Below are positions 11,692 through 23,063 of a DNA stretch of 61,285 bases, piece by piece. The stretch's first letter is position 1; the number at the start of each line of letters is the position of its first letter. The translations under genes and the position numbers were made by a program. Source of the stretch: Stegostoma tigrinum (lineage: Eukaryota); contig NC_081387.1 in the NCBI RefSeq assembly GCF_030684315.1, forward strand, positions 11,118,822-11,180,106, written 5' to 3'. The notes under the pieces are model-generated. The model worked only from the letters and a program-made list of their open reading frames with translations. It made no database searches and was not told where the DNA came from.

Positions 11692-12579
11692 GTATGATTG
11701 GGGTTGGTCAATGTTGGGAGCAGATCATTATAATTGGGATATTGGAGCTGGTTTTAATTATAAATCTGAGTGTGGACTCTGAGCTCAGTGTCTTTCTCTC
11801 TCATCATCACTAAAGACCAGCTTCCGTACTGACCTTGTAGAAATGGTTGCTGCTGTAAGGGTGTCAACCTCGAGATAGCTTTGAGCGGTGGGGTTTGGGC
11901 TTAGAGAAACAACCATAAACATCTCATCCTGGATGTGGCCTTCTGTCACCTGCTCAACTTTCTCAAGTAAGTCAATATTCTGTAAGATCTTGCTGCAGTT
12001 GGCTCCTGGAGTTTGGTGTTGCTCTTCCAGGATTCTGAATCACCGAATGTTTGCAGAATGCAGTGTGGTGGGTAGGGCCTGGATCTGATGGAGAACTCGC
12101 AGCAGTTCAGGAGACCAGACTGTGAGCAGTTTTCGCATCTCATAGGGAGTGCAGAGGAGGCAGACAACAGTGAAATGTAGACATCAAGGGTTAAATCGCA
12201 CAGAGATTTCAGAAAAAAACTGGGGTTGTGTTCCCTGAAATGTAGAAGGTTAAGGGCTGACTAAATGGAGGTTTTCAAGAAATTAAGCGAGGGGAACTAT
12301 TTCCACTGGTTAGGGTGTGTAGTTTCAGACTAGATTCAGTGTAATTAGAGCCAGGCCAATCCAGAGTGAAACTTGGAAACTTCGACACACACAAGGTGGG
12401 AAATGGTTAGAATGCTCTTCCTCAATAGGAAATTAATGCAAAATAAACATTACAGATTTAAAGTCAGTAAAACTCATAATTAAGGGACATGTGGAAGACC
12501 GGCAAATAGATTGAGACGACAAACCATCTATGATCTCCTTGAATAGTAGAACATGGTAGAACAACTTTGGTGTTTTTGT

Positions 12580-12950
12580 GCACCAGTGGATATTCATCGT
12601 GTTTCAGGTGTGGGTCTGATGTGTTTTGCTGATGGTTTAGGAATGGGTCACAGGGAGTTTGCTGATATTTGGGGAGGGGGTCACAGGGGGTTTGGCAGTG
12701 AGTTAGAGGGATTTTGCTGGTGTTTGGGGAGTGGGTCACGGGGTTTTATTTGTGGTTTAGGGAGTGGTTAACAGGAGTTTGCTGGTGTTTAGGGAGTGGG
12801 TCACAGGGATTTTGCTGGCATTTCGGGAGTGGGTCACAAGGTGTTTGCTGGTGCTTGGGGAGTGGGAGAGAGGGATTTTGCTGGTATTTGGGGAATGGAT
12901 CACAGGAATTTTGCTGGTGGTTTACGAGTGGGTCATGAGTTTTGCTTGTA
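12580..12950. repeat. ~33-bp minisatellite in last intron of A (gggagtgggtcacagggattttgctggtgttta)
   Basis: About 10 degenerate units; a shorter related array lies at 38083-38200 in gene B. Confidence 0.8.
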
Positions 12951-13055
12951 TTTCAAATTCTGTCTGATGTATCTTATTGTTGATGCTTATGTCAGACATG
13001 CTGTCCCTGCTGTGTTTCCTTATTGTGTAACCATGTATTTGTTCCTCTTTTTTAG

Positions 13056-13810
13056 ATGCCTCAGTGACCTGCCTTGTAATACGGGGATGTTCTTTCCTGT
13101 TATCTAAGGGAAATGAGAGTCTTGGATAATTGTCCTTGTATCATATTCACTTTTGCATTCTGAAGCATTTCAACTCAATGAACACTATTTCTTACCAGTG
13201 TTTGCAATTTATTCTGTGTTACATTTTGCTGCAGTGTTTTTTCAAGCTAATTACTAAACTGTATTATCAACCTGTGACAATATGACTATTATTCCACATA
13301 GAAATCTCATCTCTACCTGACACCCTACTGATTGTGTCACAGGCCCCAGGAAGTCCATCATGTAGTTAAAGTGACAAGAACATGTGTGATTCCTTCTCCA
13401 GCTGTTCAGCAGCCTCACGGCAAATAACTCTCCGATTTGATAAAGCGCCATGCCAAGACTTGTTGCAAAAATGAAAAACTCAATGTGTAGGCAGCATCAT
13501 TCAATTTGAGTATGAAAAATAATGAGCCAAAGATTTGTTTCCCAAATAAAACCTGAAAAGACCTGTCGATGCTGCAAACCACGAATAAAAACACAAGTTC
13601 CTGGAAATGCTCAGCAGGTCTGGCAGCCGAAGAAAAAAAAAATCAAACAACTCATTTGTTTCCCAAAGTCAATCATGACTAATGAACAAGTGTGTGTGCG
13701 CGTGTCCATGTGTGAACTGTAAATATTTGTACATTCATTTCTAAAAAGATGTGCACCATCCAACTTTGCACCTTTGCTGAATGAATCCTGTTTTTAAATA
13801 AATTGGTATA
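13056..13810 (+). other. Putative 3'UTR exon of fragment A
   Basis: Acceptor gtaaccatgtatttgttcctcttttttag resembles the gene B acceptor at 38234; AATAAA near 13545, 13585 and 13797. Confidence 0.45.
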
Positions 13811-14262
13811 TCTTTGCAGTTTATGAAAGTTTCTGCAGCTAGTGAGTGTGAGATAAGTGACTGGCAAGGTTACTACTTGTTTAAAATCGCTTAAATATAT
13901 GCTGTGACCAGTGACACAGTACTCTCTCTCAAAGGAGACAGTGCATTCACTCACTCTGTCATAACATTAAGTTCAAGACTGAGATTGAGAGATTTCTACA
14001 TTCTGAAAGATGAAGCTTCCACAGCCCTCTGTAGCGAGGAGTTCCAAAAATTCACTGCCTTCTGAGCAAAAGCTACTCTCCCTCTTCTCAGTCCTCAATG
14101 GCCTGCCCATTATGAGAAAAGACTGTGTTGCTGGGTGAATGCAAGCCATTTGTTAAAACCATGGTAAATGTTTTCTGTTCTACAGCCAGTTCATTGACGT
14201 TGTCAGTCATACCTCTCCCCGTGTCACTTCTGCTCTGACATTTAAGCAGCACCACCAGTATT

Positions 14263-14520
14263 CACAGAATCCCCACAATGTGGAAGCAGGCTATTTGCCA
14301 AGTCCAAATTGAACCTTTGAAGAGCATTCTGCCCAGACCCACCCCCTTAGCCTCTCTCTATAACCCTACATTTCCCATCACCAAGCTGCCTAACTTGGAC
14401 AGCTTTGGACTGTGGGAGGAAACACCAAAGGGAACCCAAGCAGACCCAGGGGAAAAAATGTGCAACACTCCACACAGATGGTTGCAGAGGGTGGGATCAA
14501 ACAGCACTGCTCACCACTGG
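14263..14520 (-). mobile_element. HE1-like SINE (degenerate)
   Basis: Reverse-complement similarity to the SINE at 15381-15690. Confidence 0.55.
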
Positions 14521-15162
14521 ACCACACCGCTGCCCCTATATTCTGTAACCTAAATAAAGACCACAACCATGACTTTCTTTACTCTTGCAGACAATACAGT
14601 TGCCCATGAACTGATTGGCTTATTTGACAGGGCAGTTGTTGCCAAGAGTCTGGAGTCATATCTAGGCCAGACCAGGCAAGAGGGGTTCATTTCATTCCCC
14701 AAAAGGACACAAGATTGTCTTTGATGGCAACTGGCAATGGTTTACATCTAACCATTAAACTAGCTATTAATTACTTTTTTTCAAGCTCAAATTTCAGGAT
14801 CTGCCATGTGGGATACAAGACCATGTATGAGCTGAAGGTTCAGGCTTAGCCATCCAGTGATAGTGCCAGACATTAACAGATTGCCCTCCTTGCTTTCGAT
14901 TCAAATGTTTACAAATCTTTCCAAAACTAAAATCAAGAAATAAAGAATTTTACACTCCTTCAGGTGGAATGGGCAATGGGGAGAAAGCTGGGAAAGTACA
15001 GAGAAAATTAGTTATTGAATTCTTGACTTTGGGGAAAAAGTCTTCTGACATTCCCTTTACCATTTAAACAAGGAGTTTCGCAACTTGTATCTCAGTATTA
15101 GCAAACCTGTACAATCAGCTGCTCCCAAATGTTGTCTTTATACAGTGGCTCCTGAATAAAGG

Positions 15163-15338
15163 TATCAGAGATAATGGGAACTGCAGATGCTGGAGATTCC
15201 AAGATAATAAAATGTGAGGCTGGATGAACACAGCAGGCCAAGCAGCATCTCAGGAGCACAAAAGCTGACGTTTCGGGCCTAGACCCTGAAGGGTCTAGGC
15301 CCGAAACGTCAGCTTTTGTGCTCCTGAGATGCTCCATA
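15163..15338. mobile_element. Palindromic non-autonomous PLE-terminus element with 16-bp TSD
   Basis: Inverted arms meet at ..ctagaccc|tgaagggtctag..; TSD GGCTCCTGAATAAAGG at 15147-15162 and 15339-15354. Confidence 0.85.
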
Positions 15339-15380
15339 GGCTCCTGAATAAAGGCATTTTGCCAGAAATGCTTCCCGAAC

Positions 15381-15517
15381 ATGGTGGCTCAGTGGTTAGC
15401 ATCGCTGCCTCACAGCACCAGGGACCTCGATTCAATTCTAGCCTCGGGCAACTGTCTGTGTGGGTTCTGCACATTCTCCGAGGGTGCTCTGCTTCCACCC
15501 ACCCACCCAACAACCCA

Positions 15518-15548
<31 letters not shown>

Positions 15549-15690
15549 CCAAGATGTGCCGTTTCGGTGGTTTGGCCACGGGAAACGCAGGCAGAGGGCA
15601 GGAGGGTGAGTCTGCGTGGGATGCTCTTCAGAGAGTTGTGGGGATTTGTTGGGCCAAAGAGCCTATTTCCATGCTGTAGGGACTCTGATT
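15381..15690 (+). mobile_element. tRNA-derived SINE, HE1-like, with internal (CA)n
   Basis: A box TGGCTCAGTGG, B-box-like GATTCAATTC, 3' tail similar to the CR1 LINE tail. Confidence 0.75.
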
Positions 15691-15813
15691 CAAAGATACC
15701 TTTTGCAGGCGAATTTCTTCAGGAGCAGAGATAATAAGAACTGTACATGCTGGAGAATCCGAGATAACAAGGCGTGGAGCTGGATGAACACGCCGGGCCA
15801 AACAGCATCTCAG

Positions 15814-17610
15814 CAGTCCCTGTACACCTGCATTCCGCATGGAGATGGCCTCAAGGCCCTCCGCTTCTTCCTGTCCCGCAGGCCCGACCAGGCCCCCTCC
15901 ACCGACACTCTCATCCGCCTAGCGGAACTCGTCCTCACACTCAACAACTTCTCTTTTGACTCCTCCCACTTCCTACAGACTAAGGGGGTGGCCATGGGCA
16001 CCCGCATGGGCCCCAGCTATGCCTGCCTCTTTGTAGGTTACGTGGAACAGTCCATCTTCCGCACCTACACAGGCCCCAAACCCCACCTCTTCCTCTGGTA
16101 CATTGATGACTGTATCGGCGCCGCCTCTTGCTCCCCAGAGGAGCTCGAACAGTTCATCCACTTCACCAACACCTTCCACCCCAACCTTGAGTTCACCTGG
16201 GCCATCTCCAGCACATCCCTCGCCTTCCTGGACCTCTCAGTCTCCATCTCAGGCAACCAGCTTGTAACTGATGTCCATTTCAAGCCCACCGACTCCCACA
16301 GCTACCTAGAATACACCTCCTCCCACCCACCCTCCTGCAAAAATTCCATCCCCTATTCCCAATTCCTCCGCCTCCGCCGCATCTGCTCCCACGATAAGAC
16401 ATTCCACTCCCGCACATCCCAGATGTCCAAGTTCTTTAAGGACCGCAACTTCCCCCCCACGGTGATTGAGAACGCCCTTGACCGCGTCTCCCGCATTTCC
16501 CGCGACACATCCCTCACACCCCGCCCCCGCCACAACCGCCCCAAGAGGATCCCCCTCGTTCTCACACACCACCCTACCAACCTCCGGATACAACGCATTA
16601 TCCTCCGACACTTCCGCCATTTACAATCCGACCCCACCACCCAAGACATTTTTCCATCCCCACCCCTGTCTGCTTTCCGGAGAGACCACTCTCTCCGTGA
16701 CTCCCTTGTTCGCTCCACACTGCCCTCCAACCCCACCACACCCGGCACCTTCCCCTGCAACCGCAGGAAATGCTACACTTGTCCCCACACCTCCTCCCTC
16801 ACCCCCATCCCAGGCCCCAAGATGACATTCCACATTAAGCAGAGGTTCACCTGCACATCTGCCAATGTGGTATACTGCATCCACTGTACCCGGTGCGGCT
16901 TTCTCTACATTGGGGAAACCAAGCGGAGGCTTGGGGACCGCTTTGCAGAACACCTCCGCTCAGTTCGCAACAAACAACTGCACCTCCCAGTCGCATACCA
17001 TTTCCACTCCCCCTCCCATTCTCTTGATGACATGTCCATCATGGGCCTCCTGCACTGCCACAATGATGCCACCCGAAGGTTGCAGGAACAGCAACTCATA
17101 TTCCGCCTGGGAACCCTGCAGCCATATGGTATCAATGTGGACTTCACCAGTTTCAAAATCTCCCCTTCCCCCACTGCATCCCTAAACCAGCCCAGTTCAT
17201 CCCCTCCCCCCACTGCACCACACAACCAGCCCAGCTCTTCCCCCCCACCCACTGCATCCCAAAACCAGTCCAACCTGTCTCTGCCTCCCTAACCGGTTCT
17301 TCCTCTCACCCATCCCTTCCTCCCACCCCAAGCCGCACCCCCAGCTACCTACTAACCTCATCCCACCTGCTTGACCTGTCCGTCTTCCCTGGACTGACCT
17401 ATCCCCTCCCTACCTCCCCACCCACACCTTCTCCACCTATCTTCTTTACTCTCCATCTTCGGTCCGCCTCCCCCTCTCTCCCTATTTATTCCAGTTCCCT
17501 CCCCCCATCCCCCTCTCTGATGAAGGGTCTAGGCCCGAAACGTCAGCTTTTGTGCTCCTGAGATGCTGCTTGGCCTGCTGTGTTCATCCAGCCTCACATT
17601 TTATTATCTT
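15814..17610 (+). mobile_element. Young 5'-truncated Neptune-type Penelope element; open frame for partial RT, Cys linker and GIY-YIG EN (stop at 17292)
   Basis: QSLYT, GVAMGTRMGPSYACLF, YIDD, CNRRKCYTC, NVVYCIHCTRCGFLYIGETKRRLGDRFAEH; TSD AGCATCTCAG at 15804-15813 and 17611-17620. Confidence 0.95.
17517..17547 (+). ncRNA. Minimal hammerhead ribozyme motif in the PLE terminus
   Basis: CUGAUGA-A-GGGUC-UA-GGCCC-GAAA-CGUC; minimal hammerheads are an established feature of PLE termini. Confidence 0.7.
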
Positions 17611-18039
17611 AGCATCTCAGGAGGCTTGCCCGGAGGGAGGAGTTCCAACTCTTTTCCGGTAAAAAGTTAAAAGTCCGGTCTGACCTTCCCAGCTCCTGAG
17701 ACGCTGCTTTCTTCAGGAGCAGACTATTGCACTCTGGTCACCACGGTAATAACTCCGAAAGGAGCAGGGTTCCAATCACCAAGTCCCCTTTATTTAAATT
17801 TGCACAGCGAATCAGTGCTAATTCATCGACTCCGAGCCAGTACCTGATTGAAGTCTTTGAATCTCGTGTTTATATCTGTTATAGGGTTCCATGAAAAACC
17901 ACAATCACTACAAGTGCAAATCAACTTCGAAAAACCTGTTAAGAGGACAGAATCCAGTTTTAAAAGCACAAACATGGGAAGTTGTTATAAAATTACCGGA
18001 TGGGTGGGCAATATAAATACAGTGCAGGGGGTGTTGTTA

Positions 18040-18780
18040 GAACATTAATGAGGGTGTGTTTCATAAACACTAGGCTGAGGGGGGTTGATATAAACATTTT
18101 GCGGGTGTGTTATATAAACACTGGGCTGGGGGGTTTGTTACAAAAATATTAGGGGTGTGTGTGTTATATAAACACTGGGCTGGGGGGTTTGTTACAAAAA
18201 TATTAGGGGTGTGTGTGTTATATAAACACTGGGCTGGAGGGATTGATATAAAAATATCGGGGGGGGTGTTACATAAACACTGGGCTGGGGGGGTTGACAT
18301 AAAAAATATTGGAATGTGTGTCATATAAACACTGGGCTGGGGGTTTGTTATAAAAAATTGGGGGATGTGTCACATAAACACTGGGCTGAGGGGGTTGGTA
18401 TAAAAATATCGAGGGGGGGGGGTGTGTTACATAAACACAGGGTTGAGGGCCTTGTTATAAAAATATTGCTGGTGTGTGTTATATAAACACTGGGCTGGGG
18501 GCTTGTTATAACATTACTGTGGGGGGCGTTATTTAAACTCTGGGCTGGGGGTTTCTTATAACATTACTGTGGGGGGTGTTACGTAAACACTGGGCTGGAT
18601 TGGCTTTTATAAAATTACTGGGGGGGGTGTTATATAAACATATTGGCTAGGGGTGTTGTTATAACAATATTGGAGGTGTGTTATCTGAACGCTGCACTGC
18701 GGGGGGGTTGTTATAAAATTAATATTATAAAATTTGTTGTAAATTCGCATTGTATTACACTGGGCTGGAGTGGGGGTGCC
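18040..18780. repeat. ~42-46 bp minisatellite (tataaacactgggctggggg..)
   Basis: About 15 degenerate tandem units. Confidence 0.9.
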
Positions 18781-19129
18781 CCAGCTGGCACGCAGGCAGC
18801 CTGTAGGAGTTTCTGCTCAACAGCCAGAGGATGGGAGGAATGGTGCTGGGGTCTTGGTCCCCAGCACTGTGTGAGCAGGAGACGTTGAGTGAGGTCTGAG
18901 AAGGTAAAGAACAGTGAGGGAGGGGAGGTAGGGGAAACAGGCCAGGCAGGCAGGTAGCTGTGAGCTCAGACAGTTGTGGACCAGGTTACTCCTGCCATCT
19001 GTATAGCCTATCATTTCAAAAACAGTAATCTTTGGTTCCTCGCTCAAATGAGGGAAGGAGTAAAAGGATCTCGTAGATAAATGAATCACTAAAGATGTGG
19101 TGTAACATTCAGGGATTCAGTGTCTTGGA

Positions 19130-21290
19130 TCTTTGAGATCTCTTCTGGCCAGAAATGATCTGTTCAATAAGGATGGGTTTCACCTCTGTACTGCAAAGGG
19201 GTCAACATCCCAGCGGGAAAATTTGCTACTTCTATTAGGAGAGACTGCAAACCATTGAGGGGGGTGTGGAGGGACATTAACCTGAAGAATAAATTGAAAG
19301 ATAGATGGGGATGTTTTGAATCTGAAAATAAAACAAATTAATTTGAAAACATAGACAAGAGGAAGACAGACAACAAAGTAATTCTGAAGAATTAAACTGC
19401 ATTTTAATGGAAGCGGTCTTACAGGTAAGGCTGATGAACTCAGGGTACGTTTAGGGACACGGGACAGGTATTACTAAAATTGTGACTAAAACTCGGCTGA
19501 AGGATGGACGGGATTTGCTGCTCAATGTACCGGGTTTCAGATGCTATAGGAAGACTAGAAAGGGTGGCCAAAGATGGGACTGTGGTGTTTTTGATTAAGG
19601 AAAGCATTACTGCTGTGACCGGAGAAGATATTCCAGAAAATTCATCTAGTGTAAACATATGGGTCGAAGGTTGAAATAAGAAAAACTTGCCCACCTTCAT
19701 AGGATTATACAATAGACCATCCAATATTAAGAGAGAAATTGAGGATCAAATATGTGGAGAGATCTCAGATATATGTCAGAATAATAAGCTCGTAGTAGCA
19801 GGGAATTTTAACTTTCCAAACATTGACTGCGAATAACATAACCTTAAAGACTTGGAGGGTGAAAGAAATGGAGGGGGAGAGAACTTGGGGAAATAAGATT
19901 CATGTCTTGAAATTGGTGCATATTACAGAAGAGGAAGTGCTGGCATTCTTAGAAAATACACAGGTGGATAAATCTCTGGGAACCGATCTCAGGCAACCCA
20001 GGGCATGTGAGAAAGTAGGGAGGAAATTGAAGAAATACGTGCAGAAATATTTGTGTCATCTATAATTATGGGTGAGGTGCCAGATGACTGGAGACTGGCT
20101 AATGCTGCGCCTTCGTTTAAGATTGGATGTAAGGAGAAGCTTGGGAACTATAGACCTGTCAATCTGACTTCAGTGGTGGGTAAATTTTTAGATGTGATTC
20201 TGAAAGATAGAATTGAGATGCATTTGGAGAGGCATGGAGCGATTAGAGATAGTCAGCATGGTTTTGAAAATTGCATCTGACAAATGTGATTGATTTTTTT
20301 TGAGCAAGTAACCAAGAAGACTGATGAGGGCAGGGAGACTTTGTTTACTTCAGTAAAGCCTTGGACAGGATTCCGCATAGTAGGCTAATTAGTAAAGTTA
20401 GATCACTAGAAAGCATGCTTAGCAGGTTTGTGGATGGCAATAAAATTGGTGGCATAGTGGACAGTGTGGAAGGTTATCTAAGATGACCAACAGATATTGA
20501 TCAATTGGGTCAATGGGCTGAGGAATGGTAGATGGAGTTTAATTTCTATAAATGCAAGGTATTGCATTGTGGCGAAACAAACAAGGGCAGACTGATACAT
20601 TTAAAATTCATTACAGTTAAGGCTTGGATAGTATTGTAGAACAGGGAGACCTTCGGTTCAGGAAAACAATTCTTTGAAGTATGCATCACATGTAGGCAGG
20701 ATGGTTAAGAAGGTGTTTAAAAATGGGGCGTCATGTTGAGGTCATACAGTATGTTGGTGAAGCCTATTCTGGAATACTGTATCCACTTCTGATTGCCGAG
20801 TTATAGGAAGGATATTATTAAGCTCGAGAGCGTTCCGAAGAGATGTACCAGGATGTGGCCAGGAATGGAGGACTTGTGTGAAAAGGAGAGGCTGGATAGG
20901 CTGGGACATTTTTCACTGGAGCATAGGAGGTTGAGGGATGACTTTACAGAGACGTATAAAATTGTGAGATGCATAGGTAAGTTGAATACAGATGTTTTTC
21001 CCTGCAGTGTGTGATTTCAAGACGAGGGGAAACCGCTTTAAAAGTTTGAAAAAGACACAAAGGACTTTTTTTTAACATAGAGTGAGGTTCGTGTCTGAAA
21101 TGAACTTACACGGGTCATGGTGGTGACAACATTTAAAAGACATTTGGATAGGTGCATGAATAAGGAATGTTTGGACAGATATGGGTGAAATGCAGGTAGC
21201 TGGGATTTGTTTAGTTTGGAACTATGGTCGGCGGGGGCTAGTTGGAATGAATGGTCTGTTTCCGTGCTGTATGACTCTATAACTCTATGT
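19130..21290 (+). mobile_element. Long degenerate CR1-like LINE (EN and RT remnants)
   Basis: GEVPDDWRLANAAP..GNYRPVNLTSVVGK..SQHGF; PSYRKDIIKLESV; tail ctatgactctat. Confidence 0.85.
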
Positions 21291-21379
21291 GATCGCTGCA
21301 CTCGAACAGTCTGACTAGGGGCACATTACTTTCAGGATGTTGTTGGGGCCCATTGTATTTGCTGTGTATCCTGTGGCTT

Positions 21380-22320
21380 CAATTGTATTGCTGACCATTG
21401 TCGGCAACTTTACAGAGGCATATGGGAGCATGGGTCTCACCCTGAACGTCCACAAAATGGGAGGTGCTTCATCAACCTAGCCTGGCATGGTGCAGCAATG
21501 TCCTGCACATCAAGGTCCGCAGGGAGGCCTTGGAGAATGTTGACCACTTCCAAAACCTCGGGACTGTCCTGTCGGCCAAAGCAGTTATTGATGAGGAGAT
21601 CCAGTGCCACCACAGTGTGCTAGCACAGCCTTTGGCTGCTTGAGGGAAAGGGTGTTTGAGAACAACAACATCAGATCCAATTCCGAGGACATGGAGTACA
21701 GAGCTGTGGCGGGTTCCCACCCTCCTAGATGGCTCAGAGACACAGGCTGTCTGCAGTGGACACCTCAATGCCCTGGAACAGTACCACCAAAGCTGTCTGC
21801 GCTAGATCCTGCCAATCTGCTGGAAATAAAGACGCACTGACACCAGGGCCCTCGACCAGACCAACATCCCCAGCATCAGGGCACTGGCAGCCCTTGCTCG
21901 GCTGCAACAGGCTGGGCCCATCATCCACGTGACTGACACAAGTCTCCCTGAGCAGGTGCTCTACTCCCAGCTCCGAAATGTCAGGCAAGCCCCAGGTGGA
22001 CAGAGGGAGGCGCTCCAGTGACACCCTCAAGGCCTCACTGGGGAAGTGCGGCATTCCCACAGGCACCTGGGAATCACTGTCCTGCGGCCGTACAAAGTGG
22101 AGGAGGAGCAACGGGGAAAGCATGAGGCACCTGGAGACTTGCCATCAAGAATAAAATGGAAGCCAGGCGAAAACAGCAAAAGGAGCGTGCTGTCACACTA
22201 ATGCGCTATCCACATGTTCCCATGACCATCACCTGATCCTTATGAATGACCACCTACAGACTCACCGTGAGAGGGGAAGAGGGTCAACTTCACCTGTGAG
22301 GGACTGCGGCTGATAATGTT
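21380..22320 (+). mobile_element. Degenerate RTE-clade LINE 3' fragment
   Basis: LENVDHFQNLG..IDEEIQ..ASTAFGCLRERVFENNNIR, typical of RTE RT C-termini. Confidence 0.7.
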
Positions 22321-22517
22321 ACTATTGCATTTATCAGGAGTTGGGGGAGTGTCAGGAGGCCCATGGAATGTGGACATAATTGGCCGGGCAGCGTTTATCG
22401 TCCATCTCTAATTTTTCACCAGAGCTCTTGAGATGCTGCTTGGCCTGCTGTGTTCATCCAGCTTCACACTTTGTTATCTTGGATTCTCCAGTATCTGCAG
22501 TTCCCATTATCTCTCAT

Positions 22518-22528
22518 GTTTCACTTTC
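22518..22528 (+). promoter_or_regulatory. ISRE (GTTTCACTTTC) ~490 bp upstream of the gene B ATG
   Basis: Matches the IRF consensus TTTCNNTTTC. Confidence 0.55.
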
Positions 22529-22794
22529 ATTTTGCAATCATTTTTCCCTTGTCTGAGCAATACATCTGAAAATGTCTCCTGACGTCCTGATGGTATGGCT
22601 GCAGAGTTGGGGTCTAGCGCTTTGGCTTTTGAGGGAGATGACACTGGAGTTCAGATCATTGGACGCTCTAGCAGCTCCGATGGGTTGAATGGCCTCGCCC
22701 TTTCCGGAAATGTTTCTCAATCGAATTATTGCCATTTCCCAGCAACTGAAGTGTCGGTCTGGCTGGGTCATTCCGATACCGAAAGGAATTCCTC

Positions 22795-22884
22795 AAACCT
22801 TTCTGCGATCTATTCTTCCGGAGACTGAGGACTCAATGATTCCTTTTATTCTGATTGGTCCCAAACTATCATTGATCCAATCAG
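22795..22884 (+). promoter_or_regulatory. Gene B SXY module plus second CCAAT
   Basis: AAACCT (S)..CCGGAGACTGA-GGACTCA (X1, altered X2)-15 nt-CTGATTGG (22851-22858)-18 nt-CCAATCAG (22877-22884). Confidence 0.8.
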
Positions 22885-23014
22885 TGTGAAGGTCCCTGAG
22901 TGAACCCGGAACAGGGTTTGAGTTCAGCCCAGGGTGCAGCTCGCAGTCTGAGACATTTCGCTGGAAAATGATTTCTCACCCATTTCTCCTCCCACGCCGG
23001 AGACTGAAGGCACA

Positions 23015-23063
23015 ATGATCAGACTGTTAGTGCTCGGGCTTCTGTGTGGAGAGCTCTCTGCCG
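23015..23063 (+). CDS. Gene B exon 1, signal peptide MIRLLVLGLLCGELSA
   Basis: ATG 130 bp after the second CCAAT box; hydrophobic; phase-1 donor G|GTGGGT; in frame with alpha1. Confidence 0.88.

Larger units (their letters stand above)
15730..17707. mobile_element. Older PLE-terminus element hosting a nested PLE
   Basis: TSD TTTCTTCAGGAGCAGA at 15714-15729 and 17708-17723. Confidence 0.75.

Noticed and set aside
15381-15455. tRNA-like sequence
   Set aside because: It is the head of a SINE, not a tRNA gene.
15616-15813. N-terminus of the 558-aa ORF
   Set aside because: Lies outside the PLE TSD in SINE and older-terminus sequence; chance open frame, not PLE protein.
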